A stretch of DNA of 54,482 bases from Octopus bimaculoides (Eukaryota): positions 9,857,998 through 9,912,479 of the forward strand of contig NC_068982.1 of NCBI RefSeq assembly GCF_001194135.2. The letters run 5' to 3'. The notes under the pieces are model-generated. The model was not told the origin of the DNA and made no database searches. It was given only the letters and a program-made list of their open reading frames with translations. The translations under genes and the position numbers were made by a program. Within the stretch, counting starts at the first letter, position 1. Every line of letters starts with the position of its first letter. Below, piece by piece: positions 1-12,264 of this stretch.

Positions 1-192
1 TATATATATATATATATATATATATGCATATATATATATATAATGTGCAGCCTCTTTGTTTCATTTTAGATTTTTTATTAATTGAAGGCCACATAACGAT
101 TTGAAATTTAAGATGTTTGGCTGTGCAATTATATTGAACAATGGCATGTCATCACACAAAATTCATGCAGCAACACAAGGAAGAGAATTTAC

Positions 193-331
193 TTGCGAAG
201 TCATCATCATCATCTTCTTCATTAGCTTCGGCTGCAAGTTCTTCTTTTGTTTTTTTCTTGCGGCCAACTCGACCCTCGTCTAAATCAGGTTCTGCCTCTG
301 GTTCCTCTTTGACTTTCTTTTTAAGTCCATA
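193..331 (-). CDS. cplx: Complexin (synaphin) internal coding exon: YGLKKKVKEEPEAEPDLDEGRVGRKKKTKEELAAEANEEDDDDDFA + first base of the next codon
   Basis: Acceptor ...TTTCAG| at 333-332 and donor |GTAAAT at 192-187 on the minus strand. The exon is 139 nt (phase 0 in, phase 1 out) and continues in frame from the 16070-16230 exon (...IRDK|YGLKKK..., the SNARE-binding central helix end typical of complexins). It closely matches squid synaphin as I recall it. It is not in the supplied ORF track. Confidence 0.92.
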
Positions 332-1334
332 CTGAAATAACAGATGGAAGATAAATTAAACCATTATATATCCAATACAAACCAAATCAAACACACACAC
401 ACACACAAACTATAGCCACATATATTTCACCAAAAAGTTTCATNNNNNNNNNNGACACAATTCATACATAGATACACACATATATATATATACATACACA
501 CATGCATACATATAGTTATATATGTACAGAGGTATATACATATATGTATGTGTTTAAGTTTATATGCAGCTATGTCAATATTTATGTAAATAAGTATGCA
601 TACATGTAGGTATATACATACATATGTATGTATGTATGTATGTTTGTATGTATATGTACATAAGTACGTATAATATGTATGTATCTATGTATCCATGTAT
701 GTATCTATGTAGGAAAGATATTGGAAGTTGGAGAAAAAGGTGTCATGATGTGAAAGTAGTTTTAACCTCTGAAATGTTCGTAACATTTTCTACTTTCACA
801 TTGATTCATTAAACTACAACACTTCAGTAGTTTAAAGTTTATATTCAAAAGAAAAACGAGTTGAACTTTTAGTACCTTCAATAGTGTTTATATATATATA
901 TATATATATATATATNNNNNNNNNNNNNNNNNNNNNNNNNNNNNNNNNNNNNNNNNNNNNNNNNNNNNNNNNNNNNNNNNNNNNNNNNNNNNNNNNNNNN
1001 NNNNNNNNNNNNNNNNNNNNNNNNNNNNNNNNNNNNNNNNNNNNNNNNNNNNNNNNNNNNNNNNNNNNNNNNNNNNNNNNNNNNNNNNNNNNNNNNNNNN
1101 NNNNNNNNNNNNNNNNNNNNNNNNNNNNNNNNNNNNNNNNNNNNNNNNNNNNNNNNNNNNNNNNNNNNNNNNNNNNNNNNNNNNNNNNNNNNNNNNNNNN
1201 NNNNNNNNNNNNNNNNNNNNNNNNNNNNNNNNNNNNNNNNNNNNNNNNNNNNNNNNNNNNNNNNNNNNNNNNNNNNNNNNNNNNNNNNNNNNNNNNNNNN
1301 NNNNNNNNNNNNNNNNNNNNNNNNNNNNNNNNNN

Positions 1335-1447
1335 ACTGAAATAACAGATGGAAGATAAATTAAACCATTATATATCCAATACAAACCAAATCAAACACAC
1401 ACACACACACAAACTATAGCCACATATATTTCACCAAAAAGTTTCAT
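1335..1447 (+). repeat. Exact 113-bp duplicate of 331-443
   Basis: Identical, including the (AC)8 length. Both copies abut N gaps. Confidence 0.9.
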
Positions 1448-2428
1448 CCTTTCACATACTTCGCTATCTTTGTATTTTTATACCTTTACATATACTTTCT
1501 CTATCTTTGAAATTATAATTATTTGTATTTTTATTCCATAATGGATTTGATCCTAAAAGTGAATCCAAAACTATTTTAGAACTTGTTATTTCAGTATCTA
1601 AAACAATGGCACCATTTGCTAATTTATATTGGTAAATGACTACAGAAATGCTATATTTTATATTTATTTTTGATCCATGTCTATGACAAAATGAACTAAC
1701 CAATATTTAGATACCTCACTCATCGATTCATCACAATATTTCATTATTCTTAATCGTTATTCAACTTTGGAACAACAGAGCCTAAAAACGGCAAGAAACC
1801 CAGATAGTGGGGCATTTTTGTGCCAGCTAGAATTGAACCTAGTTAACTTGGTTTTCATATTTGTTTCCTTCCCTTTTTGAACTAACCAGCTGTATAGATG
1901 TAAACACAATTCCTTCTTCTTCCTTTCTTCCTTCTTTCTTTCTTTCCTTCTCATTTCCATTGACACTCCTTTCAGATACACAGGCACACACACACACATG
2001 CGCACGCACACACAAGCACACACAAAAGCATACCCACACTCTCTCCCACTGGACAATGATGACAACTCTCTGAAAAACAACTTTTTTCCAAACAATGCCC
2101 CAGTTTAAATAGCCACCTGGTTTTGCCATTTTTAAAGGCCAAGAATCAACTTGTCATTGAAAGAACTGACCAGCTGTAAACACAATTTTCTTCTTTCTTC
2201 TTTCACCCTTTCTTTTCTTTCCCATTGACATTCCTTTCAGATACACAGGCACACAAACATGCACACACACACAAACACGCACACACACACCAACACAAAA
2301 CACTCATACACACACTCTCTCTCACTTTTCCCCCATTCCTCACCCTCTTTTACTATCCTATATCTCTCTCTCCACCCCTACACCTTCAATAATACTATAA
2401 AAAGAGACAAATCCTCTGAAGTGAAATC

Positions 2429-2469
2429 ATATCTGAAGAACCTACAAGAATAGGTGCAAGCGCTAATAT
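2429..2469 (+). ncRNA. Minimal type-I hammerhead ribozyme-like motif (one core substitution)
   Basis: atat-CTGAAGA-accta(caagaa)taggt-GcAA-GCGC-TA-atat. Stem I is 4 bp, stem II is 5 bp, stem III is the palindrome AGCGCT, and the cleavage triplet is CUA. GAAA is changed to GCAA. Confidence 0.7.
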
Positions 2470-2700
2470 TTNNNNNNNNNNNNNNNNNNNNNNNNNNNNN
2501 NNNNNNNNNNNNNNNNNNNNNNNNNNNNNNNNNNNNNNNNNNNNNNNNNNNNNNNNNNNNNNNNNNNNNNNNNNNNNNNNNNNNNNNNNNNNNNNNNNNN
2601 NNNNNNNNNNNNNNNNNNNNNNNNNNNNNNNNNNNNNNNNNNNNNNNNNNNNNNNNNNNNNNNNNNNNNNNNNNNNNNNNNNATATATATATATATATAC

Positions 2701-2748
<48 letters not shown>

Positions 2749-2750
<2 letters not shown>

Positions 2751-2909
2751 CGGGCTTCTTTCAGTTCACATCTATCAAATCCACTTACAAGGCTTTGGTC
2801 AGTCCGAGGCTATAGTAGAAGACACTTGCCCAAGGTGCCACACAGTGGGACTGAGTCCAGAACCACGTAGTCAGTAAGCAAGCAACTTACCACACAACCA
2901 GTCCTGCAC
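2749..2909 (-). mobile_element. SINE family A, 5' half
   Basis: gacgggcttctttcagtt...gacacttgcccaaggtgccacacagtgggactga, matching 13330-13480. Confidence 0.8.
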
Positions 2910-4411
2910 TTTTGAATATATTTACTTATATATGTGTGTGGATGTGTAAATTTCAACACTTTCATTGTTTATTTATTTTCATCAGTCACATTTCCCTCTT
3001 TCCCCAAGTATTCAAGTGAATTTCCATTTATATGAGATGAATATATGAACACATATGTTATACATTCATGTATATATATGTGTGTATATAGCTGAAGTAT
3101 ATGTAGACGAAACAAAGAATAATGATCAGAACAGCATTGTTGAGAGTGAGTGCTACTTGAACCAATAAAACCAAGAAAGAAAAGAAGTTGCTCAGATGAA
3201 GGAAATCAAACTAATAACAATAACAATCCATCATATAAAAAAACTGTTTCAATCATTAGAATATTTGAATCTAAAGGGATATTGAAAATCCATCAATAGT
3301 TGGAACCATTTTTAAGAGATAAAATGTTAACAAAGTATAATGTTTGCACAGTGGCATGCCTTTTTTATAATTATCCAAAACCAAACTATGCACAGTTAAC
3401 TCTTTCACATAATTTCTCCAGGGGAACAAACATTCACATTTTCACATTTTCTATAAATATTCACCATATTATTCATAATTTCATAGTATTCTTATTTTGA
3501 AATATCCCATTTCAGTAATCATTGTGGTCTTTTTTTTTTGTCAAACTTTAATAATTTGTTTTGTAAAGTTATTTCCATTGTAGGAATATTTATTGTTAAT
3601 AACTTCAAGTATTGGTTGTGGAAAGAAATAACATCAGCTTTATTCAAGACACCCAGAACAAATTGCAGTAATGTGAAACAACAATGTCTAAAAGTATTAG
3701 TTTATGTTAGCATTAATATTGATTAATGCTGAGATTTTCCAAAACAGCAAGTGTTTGCCTCACCTAAGTTATAAAACCTCTTGACATATCAGAAATAAAT
3801 AAATATAGAAATGACTAAAACCGATCAATATGTTGCATATCAATCCAACCAGCATTAAAGTTTTACATTTCTTAGCTGGAAATAAATAAATACAAATTAA
3901 AATGTAGAATTACATTCGTAATTTGAATTCCAGTAGTATTTGATAATCTGAATGGAATTATAAAAAGCGTGACAGCATTGATTTTATTTCACAAGTAATT
4001 TCAACATTCAAATAATACTAATTACATTCACATATGTAAAGAAAAGTCACATTTCTCTGACAAACATTTAGCTTTTTTAATTTATTAATAACAAAATGTC
4101 CAAATAATTTTTATACCTCATGATAACTGTTCAAAATAATTGTTTGCTTTCTAAATAATATAACCTTGAAGAAAAATTGCTATGCTGTTTGGTAATTACT
4201 GGCTTATTTCTAGAAATTCTGTATACTTAATTGTGGTAATTTGCACAGATCAAAGTAGCTGATTTATGAAATATAAAATTAAAAATCCAAAATCAACTAC
4301 TTTAGCTAGGAAACATATTGAGCCAATTATATGATATATAGCACATTATAATTAAATGTAGTGGATAATTAGCTTCGAAATCTTTCAATTCTGTATATGT
4401 GTGCACATGTT

Positions 4412-4487
<76 letters not shown>

Positions 4488-5101
4488 GTTACATATGTAT
4501 AAATAAATAAATGTATGCATATGTGTATACACATATAAATGTGTGTATATACAGACAGACGGATGGACACATAGAGAGATTGACGGACAGACAGACAAAA
4601 CAGAGAGAAGCATAGCGAGGTAACTAGATTGTGCTACGCTGCCTACTTTGGTATATACACGTGCATACATGAATTTACATATGTATCGTTGATGCATACG
4701 TATGTTCAATAAACTTTCTTGTCACCAATCCTTTCCTGTTTTTCAAATGAGAGATATTTTTAATTCCACTGATGTTTGAAAGCTCTAAACTACAGAATAT
4801 ATTATTTATTGGGAATGTAAACATGTCTTCACTGCTTTGCTTGTAATATCTAGAATTATGATAGCAATAATTTCTTTTTGTGCCATCATGTAGATGAACA
4901 ATCCTTTGACATCTCTTTGACAAACGCTCTGTGTCTGCAATGGAATTTTCAGGAGAGGGTACAAAGCTAATTTCCTATGGCTATCCTTTGTCAACTAGAT
5001 ACAAACAATTCACCATGACCTTTTGGGGGTTCACAGAACACAAAAAGGTGGAATAAAATCTTCAAAACATTTTGTCCAGCACTAACAATTTCTCTAATTC
5101 A

Positions 5102-5300
5102 CTGCCGGTGGCACGTAAAAAGCACCCACTACACTCTCAGAGTGATTGGCATTAGGAAAGGCATCCAGCTGTAGAAACCTTGCCACATCAGACTGGATCC
5201 TGGTGCAGTCCACTGGCTTGCCAATCCTCACTCAAACTGTCCAACCCATGCCAGCATGGAAAGCGGACGTTAAACAATGATGATGATGATGATGATGACT
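5102..5300 (+). mobile_element. SINE-like family B, 3' part with a (GAT)n tail
   Basis: gcacccactacactctc...aggaaagggcatccagctgtagaaac...cccatgccagcatggaaagcggacgttaaac(gat)n. Confidence 0.8.
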
Positions 5301-6967
5301 GCCATGAGCTTTTACTTGATTTCATCAATTCTGGAAGGGTGAATGACAGAAAATGGTTTTGGCAAAATATAAACCCAAAACAATGACCTGAACAAATGCC
5401 ACAAATGCATTTTTGATTGATGTTTTAATTAGCCTGTTAATTGATGTTTTAATTAGCCTGTTAATTTCACATCTTACAGAAGTAATACCCAGGGTTTAAT
5501 GCAAATGACTATAACCCACTTCTACAAAAACTGGCCGTGTGTATCGAAGTCATATATTAAGATTTTATTTCCTTCTTTCCAGTGCAAGGTTCTAATTCAG
5601 CCAGACATGTTTTCCCTTCTCTCTTTGAAGATTTTATACATTAAAAATGATAATATAGCTACCAGTAAGACAAGAAGGTTTAAATCAATTTAGCATTTCT
5701 ATTCCGGTTTAAAATGTCTGGCTTTTTGATTAAATGAGATATAATAATTATGGTGCTTTCTACACTTTTAATGATGTTTATCTTTTTATCATCTTTCACC
5801 TTAATGTAATTTGCATGTCGCCATAAAGTAAGCTAAAAATTTATAAATTTAATGATGTAAATTTTCTATATTTGCTTTCTGCATTGTTATTACTAGAAAA
5901 TATTCTGAAATGGAAATGCAAGCACATTTATTCACCATTTTCAAAGCAATCATACATAATATATGATTTTGAAGAATTCTTATCTTCCCTATCTCCATTA
6001 TCTTATTCTGTTTCTCATCCACCTTTCTTTCCTCTCTTTGTCATTTCAGTATTAATTGTAAGATTTTTATTTCTTATTTTCTTCTCTTTATTTGAATTAT
6101 ACATTAATTGAATCATTAACCATTTCAATATTACACATTTTTAACTCCATTATTTTATAGATGAAGACTTTTCTAATGTTAATGAATGTGAGAAATAAAC
6201 GTTTATCAAATATTTATCAAATTCAATTCAGAATGTTAGAGTATCTCATGATTTTGCATTCATATTTTGATGCTCAGGTCAATGAAATACACACTAAAAT
6301 TGAAACTAGGTCAAAATAATTGACTAAAATATTATCTTACAAATTTTTTACTTGTATCTCAGTAAAAAAGATACCTATCTACTGGAATCATTTTCAGCCT
6401 GTTCTCTGAATAATTTAGTATCTTATTTGTTTGTTATTTTGAAATCTTCCCATATTCTAGTTTTCCTTTCAACCCACTCAGGTCAACACTTTGACTATGG
6501 TCAGTTAATTAGAAATAATAGTAGAATATAATAAACAAATAGCTATGGTCATAAAATACTCAAAACAAAAAGTAGAGTAACAGTAAAGCTAAGAAAGAAT
6601 GAAACTGAACAAATTCAGGAAGACTATTTGACTATAATTTCTTTACTTGAATCTCCAGAAATAGCATTGTCTTCAAATAGAAAATTAAAAATAATTATGC
6701 AATTAGGAAAAGACGACATTACTTCAATGACTGATATTATTTTGCTTCTCACTACGTGATTATTTCTTTATTAGCTCTTTGATGTCTACTACATTAAATA
6801 TGCCAACACAAAATATTGTCTTTCATGTTGAAAGCTTTTCTGAATAATTACCATCAGAGTTATATTTCTAAATGTACCAATTTTAATGCCTATCATATGT
6901 AATATAGTACCTCTACTTAGTAATTCTTTCATCACTACTTCAACAACTATAATGAAGTATATATACC

Positions 6968-7004
6968 CCACTGATGAGTTCTAATAAGACTAAAACATAT
7001 ATGG
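6968..7004 (+). ncRNA. Degenerate minimal hammerhead-like motif
   Basis: cca-CTGATGA-gttctaataagact-aAAAC-at-aTA-tgg. Stem I is cca/tgg. Two G>A changes would restore GAAAC-AT-GTA. Stem II is imperfect. Confidence 0.4.
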
Positions 7005-7071
7005 AGTTATTTCCCATGGATTTTATTTTTATACAGTTCTATAGATGAGGAATTATGTACATTATTAACAC

Positions 7072-7156
7072 TATTTACATTTGACAGATGTTTGTCCTCA
7101 TCTTGTTTGTGCTAACAACAGACAAGATGAGGACAGATATCCGTCAAATGTAAATA
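7072..7156. repeat. Short foldback of the 51278 family 3' sequence
   Basis: tatttacatttgacagatgtttgtcctcatcttgt / acaagatgaggacagatatccgtcaaatgtaaata. The right arm matches 51325-51365. Confidence 0.8.
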
Positions 7157-7303
7157 ATGTATTTATTTTTATAGCTTACCAGTAAAAAAATTGTAGTACA
7201 ATTGCCAAAATATTAAATCTTTTTGTGTCTGACACTCATTATGAAGGCTTGGTCTTCAAACCTCATTTTAATTAAATGTATGTTATTTTTATCTGAATAA
7301 ATA

Positions 7304-8795
7304 TGAAAGGGTTGTCTCAAAATCAAAACTGTTTTATTAATTGACATAGCTCATTCAAATTGCACATCTTGGGAGAGCAACTCTCCCTATATGGTTCTTT
7401 TTTTTTTTTTTTTCATTGCGGACATATTGTGGGTCCCAAGCAGAAGCAACATACTGTCATTGAGTTCTTGATGAAAGCAGGCTGTCTGGACATTCATGGA
7501 AGACTACAATTGTTTGCAGAGATGATACCATTAACAAGAGTAATTTACATGGATGGATAACGAAGTTTAATAAAGGGAAAACCAGCATGGAAGATAAACT
7601 AAACAGAGGAAGACCATTAGCTGCTAACACTGTCATGAATCGCTAGTGAGTGGCCAAACAGATTTGCATAAACAGACAGGTCACAATCTATGAGCTTACT
7701 GCACAACTGGATTATGGCCATATTGTGTTACAGAAGATGGTAGAAGACTTTGGATATTGGAAATCACCCTCATCATCACCATCATCGTTTAACGTCTGCT
7801 TTCCTTGCTGGCATGGGTTGGATGGTTTGACTGAGGACTGGTGAGCCAGAGGCTGCACCAGGCTCAGTCTGATCTGGCAAAGTTTCTACAGCTCAATGCC
7901 CTTCCTAATGCCAACCACTCAAAGAGTGTAGTGGGTGCTTTTATGTGACACATGCACGAGGGCCAGTCAGGCGGTTCTGGCAACGACCACGCTTAAAAGG
8001 TGTTTTTTTTACGTGTTACCTGCATGGGAGCCACTGGAAAGTGTGTACAAAATGGGTACACCTGATTTGAAGGAGAGGGGTGTGAATGCTGGTCCTGACA
8101 AACTGGAAGAATTTGAGCCCAATGAAGATCAGTTATTCTTTTTTTATTATGCTAAGGTGACAGGCGATGTAACCTGCATGTATCCTTATAATCCAGGAAT
8201 GATAGTTAAGTTCTCAAAGACCTAAGATGTGGTTGTAAAGAAATTTATGGTGACTGATTTTTAGGGAAGACTAGTGTCACTCTACTTGACTTTTCTAAAG
8301 TATTGCTATACTGGGAATTTTAAGCAGTACATTGTGACAGTGAAAAAGTTTAGAAAAGTCATTTGGAGGAAGAGAAGGAATAAAAATCTGAGAACCACAT
8401 ACACTCAGACAGTAAGTAACCACACACATCTTTGGCAACAAATAAGGCAACAACCAAATTAGGTTGCTCGCAGGTCCTCTAACCACCACACAGCTCAGAT
8501 TTGGTGCTCTTCAACTTCCACCTGTAGACAGATTCTTTGTAGATTTCGATGACACAGATGAGGTGAAAGTGGTTGTGAAGAAATGGATTCAGCAGTATGC
8601 ACCAGAATCATTTCAAAGAGGAGTCAAGAGATAGGTTCAGAATGGCACAAATGTATCACATTTGATGGAAAATATTTTGAATAACACTGTTGCATAGAGG
8701 AAGAGATACTCAACCAGCAATTTCTATTTGAACAACTTAGGTCTGCTAATAAAAAATTTATGCCCACTTTTACAATATTTTTAGGACACCCCTCA
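7304..8795 (+). mobile_element. Near full-length decayed mariner-type DNA transposon, interrupted by a SINE
   Basis: TA-flanked imperfect TIRs (tgaaagggttgtctcaaaa / ttttaggacacccctca). Broken transposase remnants: KQKQHTVIEFL (N-terminus), RGRP, VTGDVTCMYPYNP (VTGDETW-like), PHSSDLVLFNFHL (YSPDLAPSDFHL-like) and WHKCITFDGKYFE*. There are multiple stops and frameshifts. Confidence 0.85.
7772..8030 (-). mobile_element. Family B copy inserted in the mariner
   Basis: Reverse complement of the 5102-5300 blocks. It interrupts the transposase remnant. Confidence 0.8.
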
Positions 8796-9757
8796 TATTA
8801 GCAGTTCCATCTTTCTAATGATTTTTCTGACTTTACATAGTATTTTATCAATGTGTTAAAACTCTTTACATGATGCTATTATTTTTGAAAAGACACAGCT
8901 GTTGTTCTGTCTATTATCAGCTTATTGGAAAATGGATTTTATATTTTCTTTTACAATTGTATAGCTTTTTGTGCTCAAGTCTATCATTTTATAAAGGCTT
9001 CAAAATATAAAAAAAAAAGTTAAAAGATGTTTTTTAAGTATATTCCTATCTACAGATTTTTTTTCTTATCTATTTTAGCTTAAATGCATGTTTGGTGCCA
9101 AACATCAATAGAGCATTTTAATATTACATAATACAACATTATACTACAAAGAAGGTTTCTGTATAGAACAGAACATAATTAATAATGTATTCCCAAACAT
9201 ATTAATTAGCACTGAAGTTGGCTAGGGAATTTATAACACAACCACTCCATCATAATAAACGAGACCAGAGACAGATAATTTCCAATATAAAGCAATTAAT
9301 AAAACCAACTATAAAATAGATTATTTTAATTTTTATTTTGTGTCAGTTTCAATCATTGGACTGAGGCCAAACTGGAGCATTGTCATCAAGAATTATTAAT
9401 TAATGACCTCTGGTATTATTAATTAATGACCTCTGGTATTTATTTCATAAATTTTTGTATATTAAATGGCTGTTACCCTCTAGAAGTAAAACCTTGTATT
9501 CGCATACATACACACAAATGCACACAAACAGATGTGTTGAAATATGTTGCAGACCCAGCATATTTCTGTGGGTTGGTCAAGCGCCATGAGGTAGGTGTTG
9601 CCAAGCACCATCTGCAATGCAGTAGTACTGCTTTCCAGCCACAAAATTTTGGGTTCGGTCCTGCTGCATGTTACCTTAAGCAAGTGTCTTTTCTATAGCC
9701 TCAAGCTGACCAAGGCCTTGCCAATGACCTGACAGATAGAAACTGAAAGAAGCCTGT

Positions 9758-9789
<32 letters not shown>

Positions 9790-9831
9790 CACGAATGTGC
9801 ATACATGTGCCTTGATATTGCATGAATGCTA

Positions 9832-10231
9832 AAGTTCTGAATTAAAATCTTCCACCAAACCTTAGTCACAATTTATGTTCCTAACACTAGCTTAATGATA
9901 ACTAAGTTATTTTACTAAATTCTTTGTTATATTTAAAATTAATTGAAAGAAACACAGAGTGTCTCAACAGAAATATGGTAACAAACAGGTAAACAACTGA
10001 TTAATTTAACCCTTTTGATAACAACCCAGCCAAAACCACCTCTGGCTCTGTAGTACAAATGTCTTGTTTTCACAAGTTTTGAATTAAAATCTTTCACTAA
10101 ACTTTTGTCACAACTTATGTTCTTAACACTAGCTTAATGATAACTAAGTTATTTTACTATATTCTTTGTTATATTTAAAATTAATTGAAAGCAACACAGA
10201 GCATCTCAACAGAAATACGGTAATGAAAGTG
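9832..10231 (-). mobile_element. Two head-to-tail copies of a ~220-bp TTAA/CCCT-ended MITE
   Basis: Reverse complement of the 13834-14292 copies. The second copy starts ttaa|cccttttgata at 10010 and the first is truncated. Confidence 0.75.
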
Positions 10232-10496
10232 CTAAATATGCTCTAAATATTCAAATTCTTATGACACTAACTTCAGTACACAATAAACAAACTAGCGCAA
10301 ATAGAGTTAATTTCTTGCATCGGTGTAAAATTAAATGAATATGAGAAAGCTGACACTAATATGTTACAATTTCTAGAGACTCCATAACCAAGCAACACAA
10401 TAACAAGCGCAAAATATCTTTCCCATTTGTGGTCTTAGAGATTGCATTTGAGTGTTTTACTTTCAAAAGTTTTACTAACTCTAGTATTTGAAGGTA

Positions 10497-10960
10497 TGAG
10501 AGCAAGTATGAGAGCACATGGTTCTGGGTTCAGTCCCATTGCATGGCACCTTGGGAAGGCGTCTTCTACAATAGCTTCGGGCTGATCAAAGCCTTGTGAG
10601 TGGTTGTTTTTATGTTTTCGTTTCTCATTGTGTCTACATATTTTTTGATGTTCTGTACCCATATATGCATGTATATATATACATATATATGTAGGTATGT
10701 ACATATATGTTTTGTATATATGCATATATTTATATATTATTTATATGTGTGTGTGTGTTTGTCCCCCCACGGTTGCTTGACAGCCGATGTTGGTGTGTTT
10801 ACATCCCTGTAACTTAGCAGTTCAGCAAAAGACACCAATAGAATAAGTACAAGGCTTACAAAAAATAAGATTCGGGGTCGATTTGTTCGACTGAAGGCAG
10901 TGCTCAGTGCTCACTGCATGGCCGCAGTGAAATGAATGCAACAAGTAAAAGAATAAAAGA
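10497..10960 (+). mobile_element. SINE family A, interrupted
   Basis: Head at 10500-10600 (ggttcagtccc...ccttggg) and 3' half at 10750-10960, with another repeat fragment and microsatellite between them. Confidence 0.75.
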
Positions 10961-11428
10961 AATAAAAATAATTAATTATTGATTAATTTTCAAATGTATC
11001 AAGTCTCAAGCTCAAGTATTTACTAATGAGCTTAGTAAATGTTCATAAGTATCAGATTAATTAATGATGATAATCTTCTTTCACGTTTGTCTATGTTTTG
11101 CCTCCTTTTTTCATTACCAAAGTTCTTAGACACCGATCCATACACAAAGTACAATTACTGCTACATATGCCCTCGCATATATCTAAGTATCCACACACAC
11201 ACATACCTACACATATATAAATATATGTAAGTATGTGTGTGTGTGCATGCATTGTTTCTATATATAAATTTGTGAGAGTGTATTGTTTGTATATGTGTGT
11301 ATTGCTTGTGTGTGTGTGCCTATATATATATATATACGCATACATTATATACATATATACATTATATATTTAAATACATACATACATACATACATAAATA
11401 CATACATACATAAATACATACATACATA

Positions 11429-12264
11429 CAAAAGATCTGATGAATAAGTATCTGGGTTGTTGTCATAGTAATAAAACTTAAGTATGCAGAGTGAAGCCAC
11501 TTGGCACAGATTGACCTTGAACTCTGCTGTGTGTGTGCACTAAATTCTAACATTCTAGCTCACTTCTGCTATTTACAGCAGTGCTTGGGAGAAAGGTGTG
11601 TAGCATGTGATCATCACATTGACCATGACAGTGATGGTTGTTGTAGCAATATCTGCTCAGAGGTCTACACAAAGTTGCAGAAAGTGTATGGGGAGGAGTG
11701 TGTGAGCCACATACAAGTGTACGTGTGGGTCAGACGTTTCCAAGATGGCCAAAAAAATGTCAATATTGACGAACGTTCTTGGAGACCCGCAACCAGCAGA
11801 ACTGAGAAAAACATCGCAGATGTGTGTTCAGCTGTGAGATGAAATCGTCGAATCACCATCTGTGAGTTATCAGAGGATGGGAAGATTAGTTACAGTTCAG
11901 TTTTGTCCCAAAACTGCTTTTAGCTGACCAATCAGACACTCTGGTTTCAGTTGACTGTGTCGAGAATGATGCAAACTTCTTGAAAACTTTGTGTAGGCCT
12001 CTGAGCAGGTATCACCATGCTTTTGGCAATATTTGATGCAAATTCTCTGCTCAACTTTCTCTGTCATGGTCAATGCGGTGATCACACACTACACACGTTC
12101 CTTTCAAGCACTGCTGCAAACAGCGGAAGTGAGCTAGAATGTTAAAACTTAGTGTGCGTGCACAGCAGAGTTCAAGGTCAATCTGTGCCAAGTGGATTTA
12201 CTCTCCATGCTTTAGCCTCATTACTACAGCAACAGTCCAGAGCCTTATTGATCAGAAAACTTCC
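11429..12264. mobile_element. Mariner derivative with two inverted 5' ends (foldback-like)
   Basis: The + strand encodes a transposase N-terminus (YTKLQKVYGEECVSHIQVYVWVRRFQDG..DERSWRP). The - strand from ~12255 repeats the terminus (tctgatcaataag), the leader and MTEKVEQRICIKYCQKHGDTCSEAYTK. Confidence 0.75.

Noticed and set aside
5417-5464. 24-bp tandem duplication (and a 23-bp one at ~9397-9442)
   Set aside because: Ordinary slippage duplications with no further structure.
7304-8795. Functional or domesticated transposase
   Set aside because: Many stops and frameshifts, a SINE insertion, and degraded catalytic motifs.
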